In this document: positions 9,121-16,179 of the stretch, piece by piece | Position numbering within the stretch: the stretch's first letter is position 1 | Layout: each line of letters opens with the position of its first letter | Source: an uncultured Candidatus Saccharibacteria bacterium | GTDB taxonomy: Bacteria; Patescibacteriota; Doudnabacteria; UBA920 | Reading direction: 5' to 3' | Assembly: GCA_964532425.1 (NCBI GenBank) | Contig: CAZHIA010000001.1 | Span: 270,846 to 334,845 of the forward strand | Length of the DNA: 64,000 bases | Position numbers and translations under genes: made by a program | The notes under the pieces: model-generated | Seen by the model: only the letters and a program-made list of their open reading frames with translations | Told to the model about the DNA's origin: nothing | Database searches by the model: none

Positions 9121-9150
9121 CAGGAGCGGGTTGAGACCCTGCCCCAATGT
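9121..9150. repeat. REP-like GC-rich hairpin (GGAGCGGGTTGAGACCCTGCCCC), part of a roughly 100 bp tandem duplication
   Basis: Same core as the REP family at 9219, 23056, 23374, 23626, 57006 and 57901. Confidence 0.5.
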
Positions 9151-9218
9151 AGTGCAAGCCCATGGCCTGCCTGTTGAAAGAAAGTTTAGAAAATAGAAAA
9201 ATAGCAAGATGCGTGACC

Positions 9219-9250
9219 TGTAGGGGCGGGTCGAGACCCGCCCGTCAAGA
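9219..9250. repeat. REP-like hairpin GTAGGGGCGGGTCGAGACCCGCCCGTCAAGAG
   Basis: GTAGGG head with a GGGCGGG/CCCGCCC stem. It is preceded by an AGAAAATAGAAAAATAG motif that duplicates the upstream unit. Confidence 0.55.
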
Positions 9251-9367
9251 GATCATTTCCGTGCTTCAAACAATCCTTCCTGGCCAGCCTTGACTTACTC
9301 GGTCATTTTTGATATGATGCCGAGTTACTGTTTTTGATGTCATTTCCAACTTGCAGGAGGATAAGTC

Positions 9368-10606
9368 GTGGGTAAAATCGCAACGTTGTTACTCATCTCA
9401 ATTGCCGCGCTGGCTCAACCGCCGCAGCAGACGAAGTTCAAACCCGAAACAGCTAAAGTGTTGGCCCCGTACAAGGTCCGCGTCGAGGGATTCTCCCAAG
9501 CGGCGCAGCAGGGGACTATCACGAAGGGTCAAGCCGATCAGCTGGTCGCTGTTGAATTACAGGCAGCCACCAAAGCCGCCGGCCAAACCGTAACCGCCGC
9601 CGACCTGGCTGCGCTTCCGGTGACAGACGGTTTGTTGAACGACGGGCAGTATTCCAGTGCCCAGCGCAAAGTGGCCAAAGCCGCAGCTGCACTCACTGGC
9701 TGGCTTTCTTTGGCCAATATCGCCAAGTTCATCGGTGTAGTGCTGGTTGTTATTGCGGTGTGCATTCTGTTTTGGCGTTTTGTCGTATTACTGCTCGAGT
9801 TATTCGTGCTCATCCCTGTCGTGGTCTACGAGTTCATCGCGCATGTCGCGGCGATCACATTCATCATATTCGACAAAGGGTGGGGCGGCGACGGCGTGAA
9901 TCAATATTACGGCCTCTGCGGCTGTCTGGTGGAGAGCGTGGCACTCGGTTATAGCCTCGGCACGCGCACCAAGTCAAAGAACTTGACCGGATTCTTCGCG
10001 ATAATTACGCTGCTCTTCGGCGTTTCGGCTGTGTACTACATGAGCAGCATGCTCGGTTATTTCGCTGTTATCGCGCTGATGTTCACTATGGGATTTTCCG
10101 CCGGCGTCGGTCCGCTCTGCGCTTTTATCGGCTTTAAGGATCATGACGCCCTGTCTCAAGGAACATTGACCGGTTTTACGGTCCTGATCGCCTATGTAAT
10201 TCTTCACGCGATGGGCATCCAGAACCAGTACCTGCAGCTTTACGAACCGGGCGCGCTCTTCATGGGCAGCTTCGTGGGCTACCTCGGGCTCATTATTTTG
10301 GGTTCGAGGTGGTATGACGAGTCGGATTGGCCATACGGGCTTCGGCAGGCACTTGTCATAGTGGCCGGATGTTTCGCCTTGTTTGGCGGCGCGTATCTCC
10401 AGATCCCGGAACTGCAGCGCATCGGCGGCACATTCTTCTGTTTTTGGCTTGCCGAAAAGATAGCTGAGATTGTCTCGATCTTGGACTTGGAAAGCGTTAC
10501 GGGTTACGCGTTCGTCGCGCTGATCATCGGCGGCTCGTTGTGGCGAGCTGGTATTTTTATCACGACACATCAGGAGTTCTTCCGACAGTATACGCTACTG
10601 CCGTAA
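9368..10606 (+). CDS. polytopic integral membrane protein (412 aa, GTG start after AGGAGG)
   Basis: N-terminal signal/TM segment followed by at least 8 hydrophobic segments. No known family recognised. Confidence 0.6.
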   Translation: MGKIATLLLISIAALAQPPQQTKFKPETAKVLAPYKVRVEGFSQAAQQGTITKGQADQLVAVELQAATKAAGQTVTAADLAALPVTDGLLNDGQYSSAQRKVAKAAAALTGWLSLANIAKFIGVVLVVIAVCILFWRFVVLLLELFVLIPVVVYEFIAHVAAITFIIFDKGWGGDGVNQYYGLCGCLVESVALGYSLGTRTKSKNLTGFFAIITLLFGVSAVYYMSSMLGYFAVIALMFTMGFSAGVGPLCAFIGFKDHDALSQGTLTGFTVLIAYVILHAMGIQNQYLQLYEPGALFMGSFVGYLGLIILGSRWYDESDWPYGLRQALVIVAGCFALFGGAYLQIPELQRIGGTFFCFWLAEKIAEIVSILDLESVTGYAFVALIIGGSLWRAGIFITTHQEFFRQYTLLP

Positions 10607-10619
10607 GGACTTTCGCAAA

Positions 10620-10650
10620 CCGGGGAAGGCTTCCTTCCCCGGTCTTTTTT
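10620..10650 (+). terminator. rho-independent terminator
   Basis: CCGGGGAAGG-ct-TCCTTCCCCGG followed by TCTTTTTT. Confidence 0.7.
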
Positions 10651-10738
10651 ATGCCTTGCAAAATTCCGGTTATCCTGTATACTAAGCGGAATGCGCAGAA
10701 TGCGCATTTCTCTGAAAAAACAGAAGACAGGAGGCTGT

Positions 10739-11506
10739 ATGGACTGGTTGGTTAATTGGTCCGTGCTTTTGGTGTTCGGAACCATCGGCTTTTGGGTGGC
10801 TACTGTCGTTGTTGTCACCATCATCGCGCCGTGCGTAATCTTCGACCGGAAGAAGTATACCGGCAGGATTGCGACTATCGCACTGCTCGCGTACCTTACT
10901 GCGCTGGCTTTGATGGGCGGCCCAAACGTTTTCAAGCTCGCACTTCACTACTGGTACCTGGTGCCGGTGGTCGTCGTAGTGCACTTTTTCGCAGGGCGAT
11001 ATTACGCGATCTATGTCCAGTGGAAGCTGCGCCTTTCAGAGCTGAGCGGCCGCTTGGAAGAAGAGATTCGCAAGTTCCTTCGCGAACGCAAGATCGAGGG
11101 TGATGCCATTCCGGCGGATCTGGCAGAAGAATGGCAGCGGCATCTGTCCCGGGTAGACCCTCCCATCGACATTGAACCGGATCCGGATAACTACAAGTAC
11201 GACATCTACTTCTGGATCGGATTTTGGCCGTTAAGCGCGGCGTGGACGCTTTTGAGGGATCCGCTGACACGCGCCGTAAAGCACCTGTACCGCATCTCGT
11301 ATCAACAGATGAAGAAAATGTCTGCCGACGAGTTTGCGAAGGCGAAGCAGAATCTTCCGCCTGCGCCACCGTCTCCGCCTGCGGGCTCATCGAAAAACGG
11401 TCCTGAACCTTCGGGGGGCAGGCCGTATGATCCGGACAATTTAGTCCAGAAGAAGCCGCGCCGCCCTGCGGATACAGGGTCGGGCGAGTTCGTAATCAGC
11501 CGGTAA
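10739..11506 (+). CDS. membrane hypothetical protein (start moved to MDWLVNW after the AGGAGG RBS; ORF track 10691..11506)
   Basis: CAGGAGGCTGT ATG context. Several TM helices. Pro-rich C-terminus. Confidence 0.55.
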   Translation: MDWLVNWSVLLVFGTIGFWVATVVVVTIIAPCVIFDRKKYTGRIATIALLAYLTALALMGGPNVFKLALHYWYLVPVVVVVHFFAGRYYAIYVQWKLRLSELSGRLEEEIRKFLRERKIEGDAIPADLAEEWQRHLSRVDPPIDIEPDPDNYKYDIYFWIGFWPLSAAWTLLRDPLTRAVKHLYRISYQQMKKMSADEFAKAKQNLPPAPPSPPAGSSKNGPEPSGGRPYDPDNLVQKKPRRPADTGSGEFVISR

Positions 11507-11510
11507 GTAA

Positions 11511-11555
11511 AAACCGCGTTCACCGTTTCGGTGGGCGCGGTTCCTTTTATTTTTA
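11511..11555 (+). terminator. rho-independent terminator
   Basis: AACCGCGTTCACCG-tttc-GGTGGGCGCGGTT followed by CCTTTTATTTTT. Confidence 0.6.
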
Positions 11556-11623
11556 ACGATAATATCACCTATACTATATTCTATAAATTCTATAATTCTA
11601 CATATAATACATAACATATTTTG

Positions 11624-11667
11624 CACACATTCCATTTTTGTCCGGTCGGACAAAAATGGAATGTGTG
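11624..11667. repeat. 44 bp hairpin palindrome CACACATTCCATTTTTGTCCG-GT-CGGACAAAAATGGAATGTGTG (P2 family)
   Basis: Perfect 21 bp stem. The same core (ATTCCATTTTTGTCCGGTCGGACAAAAATGGAAT) recurs at 29984..30037 and 30685..30718. Confidence 0.8.
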
Positions 11668-11712
11668 GGTGATACGGGTAAAAGATTAGAATGAGGAGTT
11701 AAAGAGGAGAGG

Positions 11713-12267
11713 TTATTTGTATCTGAACAACAGTTCTTCCAAAACAGCCTGATACTGTTTCCTTATGGATTCATCGTGGCCCACTTCGAGTACTTCATCG
11801 TTGAGGTTGGTAGCGGACGAAGTCCAGTTAAAGGAACCGGAGGCATAAGCCTTGTCCGTGACGATAGCCTTTAAGTGCATAATAGCCGCATGATCCTGGA
11901 GAACCACGGGAATACCGGCTTTGCGCAAACTGTCGATGATGTCCTTTTGTGAATCGAGTTGTTGGTACTGGGACCGGTCGGAGACGCCGCGGACATCCAG
12001 GCCGCGGTACTTGGCTGCCAGGAGAGCGTCGCGGATATCGGTGCGGGTAAAGGTATAGATGGCAAAGTAGACATACTTGTCCGCATCCTGCGTCAGCTGA
12101 ATGACCTCGCGGTTGAGCTGGTGCTGCTGGTTGTAATAAACTTTTATCTCGCGCTCATGCGCCGGCTTGTATTTGTAATCGTACAAAACCTGGCCGCATA
12201 AACCTAATAGCAGAATGATTACTACTATATAGAGTATGTCGCGCTTGAATTTCATAATAAAATCCAA
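11713..12267 (-). CDS. phospholipase D-like (HKD motif) family protein, Nuc-like endonuclease, membrane-anchored
   Basis: HLKAIVTDKAYASGSFNWTSSA matches HxK(x4)D(x6)GSxN. N-terminal TM. The true start may be the ATG at 12255 (MKFKRD), because codon 12267 is TTG. Confidence 0.75.
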   Translation of the reverse strand: MDFIMKFKRDILYIVVIILLLGLCGQVLYDYKYKPAHEREIKVYYNQQHQLNREVIQLTQDADKYVYFAIYTFTRTDIRDALLAAKYRGLDVRGVSDRSQYQQLDSQKDIIDSLRKAGIPVVLQDHAAIMHLKAIVTDKAYASGSFNWTSSATNLNDEVLEVGHDESIRKQYQAVLEELLFRYK

Positions 12268-12300
12268 ATTTCAAATTCCAAATTTCAAATCAATGACAAA
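12268..12300. repeat. left AT-rich inverted repeat flanking the four-helix-bundle gene
   Basis: aaatccaaatttcaaattccaaatttcaaatcaa is the reverse complement of the 12668..12712 segment (shared caaattccaaatttcaaatcaa). Confidence 0.6.
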
Positions 12301-12312
12301 ATGACCAATGCA

Positions 12313-12663
12313 TCAATTACGGCTTTTTGAAATAATCGTTGAAAATATTAGTACCAACTCGTGGGATTCTTTCCACAGTTGCCTGCATTCTGTTGCTCTG
12401 TCAGGGTTTGCGGTTGCTATCATCCGTGACCAGTGCATAGTCTCTTTGGCTTCCTTTTTGCAAATTCCGAGTTTATGGACAAAATCCTTTCTAGATTCGG
12501 CACCATCTGCTTCCATGTAATTAGCGCCGATGCTTGTGCTTGCTCTAATGAGCTGGCTGATAAGTGGTTTATTAATAGTAGAATCCAAAAGAGTGCGCGC
12601 GAAAATAATACTTTGCTCGCCCAACTTGGCTGTTCTTTCCTGCAAATCAAATGTCACTGTCAT
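12313..12663 (-). CDS. four-helix-bundle protein (23S rRNA intervening-sequence protein family, TIGR02436-like)
   Basis: Characteristic ...LIRASTSIGANYMEADGAESRKDFVHKLGICKKEAKETMHWSRM... motifs. 116 aa. Confidence 0.8.
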   Translation of the reverse strand: MTVTFDLQERTAKLGEQSIIFARTLLDSTINKPLISQLIRASTSIGANYMEADGAESRKDFVHKLGICKKEAKETMHWSRMIATANPDRATECRQLWKESHELVLIFSTIISKSRN

Positions 12664-12667
12664 ATTG

Positions 12668-12712
12668 GGATTTTGAATTTGATTTGAAATTTGGAATTTG
12701 ATATTTGAAATT
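12668..12712. repeat. right AT-rich inverted repeat flanking the four-helix-bundle gene
   Basis: tgggattttgaatttgatttgaaatttggaatttgatatttgaaatt; its reverse complement matches the left repeat. Confidence 0.6.
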
Positions 12713-12715
12713 AGT

Positions 12716-13147
12716 TTACGTAAACTTCCTAATTTCCTTCTCCGTCTCCCGTTTCTTTATATATTCCCGCTTGTCTGTCTTTTTGCGGGAGCGGCCCATG
12801 CCGATCCGCAATTTCAAAAGACCCCGTCCGGTTTGAAGGATCTCGAGCGGTACGAGGATCAGGCCTTTTTGTCTGCCGATGAGCTGGTCTATCTCTTTCT
12901 TATTGAGCAGTAAATTCCTGGTTTGGGTCGGGTTATAGCCTGGTTGGCGGGCATACGGATAGGGACCGATGTGGCAATTGATCAGTGTTGCGGAGTTGGG
13001 AGAGATGGTTACATAACTGCCGGCCAGCGAGACATTGCCACTTTTGGCAGCTTTAACCTCGGCGCCTGTCAGGACCATGCCTGCCACGAACGTCTCCTGA
13101 ATGTCATAGTCATACCGCGCTCGGCTGTTGTGTGCGAGAGTTTTCAT
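12716..13147 (-). CDS. smpB: SsrA-binding protein SmpB
   Basis: ARYDYDIQETFVAGMVLTGAEVKAAKSGNVSLAGSYV... is the canonical SmpB N-terminus. Basic C-terminal tail. Confidence 0.9.
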   Translation of the reverse strand: MKTLAHNSRARYDYDIQETFVAGMVLTGAEVKAAKSGNVSLAGSYVTISPNSATLINCHIGPYPYARQPGYNPTQTRNLLLNKKEIDQLIGRQKGLILVPLEILQTGRGLLKLRIGMGRSRKKTDKREYIKKRETEKEIRKFT

Positions 13148-13186
13148 AACCGTATTGTACCATGTGTTATACTATGTGTGGAATCC

Positions 13187-13222
13187 AACGTTAATCATCC
13201 GCGGCCGCGGATGATTAACGTT
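13187..13222. repeat. 36 bp palindrome AACGTTAATCATCCGCGGCCGCGGATGATTAACGTT (P1 family, NotI core)
   Basis: Perfect palindrome immediately upstream of the wHTH-Cas2-like gene. Relatives at 13786 and 22331. Confidence 0.8.
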
Positions 13223-13249
13223 GTAGACAATTTTATTAAGCTTTTTTAT

Positions 13250-13786
13250 ATGCCAGCTAAGAAAAGCGATTATATGTTGGAGGCTCTGGAGGTGCTATTT
13301 AACATCGGCAGCGAAATGATTCGATCCCTACCGCTACCGCTTGAAACGCCATACGAACATCTCCGTCGCGTGAGAAGTCTTCCGTATAAGACATACTATG
13401 ATTCCATGCACCAGCTCCACAAACGGGGTGTGGTTCGCATTTCGAAAAAGGATGACCGGTATTTTATAGAGTTAACACAGAAAGGCGCTTTGGAGATGCT
13501 GATGGAAAAGGCGGGGATGGATCATCAGGGAGCGTGGGACGGCAAATGGCGTTTGATTATTTTTGATATTCCGGAGAAGGCTCACTTGCAGCGCGATCGG
13601 CTGCGCTGGCTACTTAAAAAGAACGGCTTTATTAAACTACAAGCCAGCGTATTTATAAACCCATACCCGTTCAACCGTCAGGCGATAGCGTATTTGGAGG
13701 AAACCGGGCTGAATAAATATATTCGCATCCTTCGTGTGGACGATATGGGCGATGATAAAATCCTAAAAAAGAAGTTTAACCTGTAA
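13250..13786 (+). CDS. winged-HTH + Cas2-like (PaaX_C-type) protein, putative transcriptional regulator (paralog 1)
   Basis: N-terminal wHTH-like region. The C-terminal region WDGKWRLIIFDIPEKAHLQRDRLRWLLKKNGFIKLQASVFINPY matches the Cas2/VapD beta-alpha-beta pattern (vvvYDi..R.r..k.L..yG.rvQ.SVf.c). The ORF-track N-extension to 12923 overlaps smpB and is rejected. Confidence 0.6.
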   Translation: MPAKKSDYMLEALEVLFNIGSEMIRSLPLPLETPYEHLRRVRSLPYKTYYDSMHQLHKRGVVRISKKDDRYFIELTQKGALEMLMEKAGMDHQGAWDGKWRLIIFDIPEKAHLQRDRLRWLLKKNGFIKLQASVFINPYPFNRQAIAYLEETGLNKYIRILRVDDMGDDKILKKKFNL

Positions 13787-13821
13787 ACGTTGATCGTTCG
13801 CGGCCGCGAACGATTAACGTT
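13786..13821. repeat. 36 bp palindrome AACGTTGATCGTTCGCGGCCGCGAACGATTAACGTT (P1 family)
   Basis: Overlaps the stop codon of the wHTH-Cas2-like gene. Confidence 0.8.
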
Positions 13822-13887
13822 GTGGCATTTTGGATGGTTATTGTGTGTTCTGTCCGGGTTAATTTTTGCTGAGTTCTTGGTTTTAGG

Positions 13888-13920
13888 TTCACTGGTGAAA
13901 CAGGAAGATATTATGCTATA
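13888..13920 (+). promoter_or_regulatory. extended -10 promoter (TGCTATAAT) for argS, with a very short leader
   Basis: tgctataat lies 15 nt upstream of the argS ATG. Confidence 0.45.
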
Positions 13921-13934
13921 ATAACAGGGCATTT

Positions 13935-15740
13935 ATGAAAAGTGAAACACCCAAAAATCTCATCAGCCACTTGCTTTCGAGCGCGCTGGCTAATCTTGAA
14001 TTGACTCCGCACGCAGAGCGGGTCGAACTTACCGTACCCGATCCCAGATTCGGGGATTATTCAACGAACGTAGCCATGCTCCTGGCTAAGCATTTGAAGA
14101 TATCACCGCCGCAGGTCGCGAGTCAGATCATCGAAGAAATTATAAAGATCGACCAGGGCAAGATATTGTCTTCCTGCGAAGCGGCTGGAGGGTTTATTAA
14201 TTTCCGATTGTCGACTTCGCTTTTACTCCAACAACTTTCTGCTATTTTGGAGCAGGGTGATCTGTATGGCTGCAGTATGACGGGCGAAGGTAAAACAGTT
14301 CTTGTTGAATATTTTGCGAACAATGTGGCCAAGCCGCCGCATGTCGGACATTTGCGGAGTGCTGTCATTGGCGATTGCCTATACCGTATTTTAAAGAGCC
14401 AGGGCTATAAAACCATTTCCGATACGCATATCGGCGATTGGGGCGTACAGTTCGGTATACTTTTGTTTGCATATAAGGAGTACATCAAGAACGGCGGCAG
14501 CCGGGAAGTCATTGAGGCTGATCCGATCCAGGAACTGAACAAGCTGTATGTGGCCATGTCGGCGCGCATTGACCAGAATGCATCCTTGCGCGAACTTGGG
14601 AAGGAAGAATTCGTCAGACTGGAAAAAGGCGATGAGGAGAACCGCCAGCTCTGGGAGTGGTTCGTTAAGGTCTCTCTGGAGGATTTTGAACGTTACCGCC
14701 AGCTGCTCGATGTGTTGCCATTCGATCATAATCTGGGTGAGAGTTTTTATGAAGACAAAATGCCGGGTATTATTGAGGATCTGAAAGCCAAAGGTTTGCT
14801 GGTAGAATCCCAGGGTGCCCAGATCGTGAATTTGGAAGACAAAGGTCTCGGTGTGGCTATCGTCATCAAGTCCGACGGTGGTACTACGTATTTGCTGCGG
14901 GACCTTGCTACTGTTAAACACCGCTTGAATGAATTTAAGATCGCGAAGGCGCTCTATGTAGTAGACAACCGGCAGAGCCACCATTTTGACCAGGTGTTCG
15001 AGATCGCTCGCAGGGCCGGGTATTTAACTGAAGGGAATGATATTTGCACCCACGTGGACTTTGGCTTTATGAGCCTGCCGGAAGGCGCGATCTCGACCCG
15101 CAAGGGCACAACGGTGAGCCTGCAGAATTTGGTAGATGAAGCTCAAAAGCGGGCGCTGGAAATTATCCAACAAAAGAATCCGGAACTGGAAAATAAGGAA
15201 GCTGTGGCAAAACTGGTTGCACTTTCGGCCATCAAATACTTTGATTTGTCGCATAACCGCAAGACCGAGATCGTCTTCACCTGGGATAAGGCACTGTCAT
15301 TTGAAGGCAATACCGGGCCGTACTTGCAGTACACGCATGCAAGGATACATGGGATATTGAGGAAATCATATATTATTGGGCGTCATCTTGAGGGAGTGCA
15401 TCCGACCGAAGGATCTCAGGCAGAGATTCTTCATTCCTCGGTTGCACTCGGAATTCAGAATGACGCCGGGTTGAACGAACAGGAGCTTGCCGTTCTTCGC
15501 AAACTCGTCAAATTCCCCGAAACAGTCAAACAGGTCAGCGATGATTATTTGCCGAACCAACTTTGCAACTATCTGTTCGAACTTTCGCAGGTATTCAATC
15601 ATTTCTATGAAGAGTGTCCCGTACTTCAGGAACCGGATGCGACGAAAAAGCATTTCCGGCTGCAGCTTATCCAAGCTACGGCGCAGGTGATTGCGAACGG
15701 GCTGTATTTGCTCGGGATCGAGGCGCCGGAAGAAATGTAG
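13935..15740 (+). CDS. argS: arginine--tRNA ligase
   Basis: 601 aa. Class I HIGH-type motif PHVGHLRS. N-terminal Arg-tRNA-binding domain and C-terminal DALR anticodon-binding region (LCNYLFELSQVFNHFYEE). Confidence 0.95.
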   Translation: MKSETPKNLISHLLSSALANLELTPHAERVELTVPDPRFGDYSTNVAMLLAKHLKISPPQVASQIIEEIIKIDQGKILSSCEAAGGFINFRLSTSLLLQQLSAILEQGDLYGCSMTGEGKTVLVEYFANNVAKPPHVGHLRSAVIGDCLYRILKSQGYKTISDTHIGDWGVQFGILLFAYKEYIKNGGSREVIEADPIQELNKLYVAMSARIDQNASLRELGKEEFVRLEKGDEENRQLWEWFVKVSLEDFERYRQLLDVLPFDHNLGESFYEDKMPGIIEDLKAKGLLVESQGAQIVNLEDKGLGVAIVIKSDGGTTYLLRDLATVKHRLNEFKIAKALYVVDNRQSHHFDQVFEIARRAGYLTEGNDICTHVDFGFMSLPEGAISTRKGTTVSLQNLVDEAQKRALEIIQQKNPELENKEAVAKLVALSAIKYFDLSHNRKTEIVFTWDKALSFEGNTGPYLQYTHARIHGILRKSYIIGRHLEGVHPTEGSQAEILHSSVALGIQNDAGLNEQELAVLRKLVKFPETVKQVSDDYLPNQLCNYLFELSQVFNHFYEECPVLQEPDATKKHFRLQLIQATAQVIANGLYLLGIEAPEEM

Positions 15741-15800
15741 GACGCGGATTAGACGCGGATCCGCCAGCTGGCGGAGACTGCGGACGCTGAAATATCGCTG

Positions 15801-16175
15801 ATGAAGACTGCAACCGCTGATTTGGCGCTGATCATGCATCAATGTTATCTATCTAAGTTAGAGCGTATGACCGATGATTTTTATTGCGAATTTGTTTTGT
15901 CGAACAAAATCGCGGTGCAGAAACTTCACGAAACTGACGAGGTGCTGGCTTTTTACCACACCAAACCGCAGTACAAAGTACATGTTGTTGTTATTCCCAA
16001 AGATCATATTCGGCAGCTCATTGACGTAGAGAATTATTCGGTCATCAGCAAAATCTTTGAAGTGATCGCAGAAACGGTGAGAAAGCTGGGTTTGCAATCA
16101 TTCAGAATTATCACTAATTCCGGCAGTTATCAAGATAGCAAGCATTTACATTTCCATTTAATTTCAGATCAATAA
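15801..16175 (+). CDS. HIT family hydrolase (histidine triad protein); probable true start at 15867 (MTDDFYCEF)
   Basis: C-terminal histidine triad HLHFHLI. The N-terminal DFYCEF...DEVLAFYHTKPQYKVHVVVIPKDHI matches the HIT fold. Confidence 0.75.
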   Translation: MKTATADLALIMHQCYLSKLERMTDDFYCEFVLSNKIAVQKLHETDEVLAFYHTKPQYKVHVVVIPKDHIRQLIDVENYSVISKIFEVIAETVRKLGLQSFRIITNSGSYQDSKHLHFHLISDQ

Positions 16176-16179
16176 ACAT

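Noticed and set aside
12716-13147. Search for tmRNA (ssrA) near smpB and elsewhere
   Set aside because: No GGGG...TCGAC 5' end, resume-codon/tag ORF or tRNA-like 3' end (GGTTCGAxTCC...CCACCA) was found in the window. The TTCGAATCCCCC at 63941 lacks a complementary T-stem.
12923-13249. N-terminal extension of the wHTH-Cas2-like ORF back to 12923 (ORF-track call 12923..13786)
   Set aside because: The extension runs antisense through smpB and across the palindrome. An ATG at 13250 just downstream of the palindrome gives a protein of the same size as its paralog.
15741-15800. Direct repeat GACGCGGAT x2 and CCGCCAGCTGGCGG palindrome between argS and the HIT gene as a regulatory element
   Set aside because: Short. 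Most simply explained as a weak terminator or structured spacer. No further copies seen in the window.
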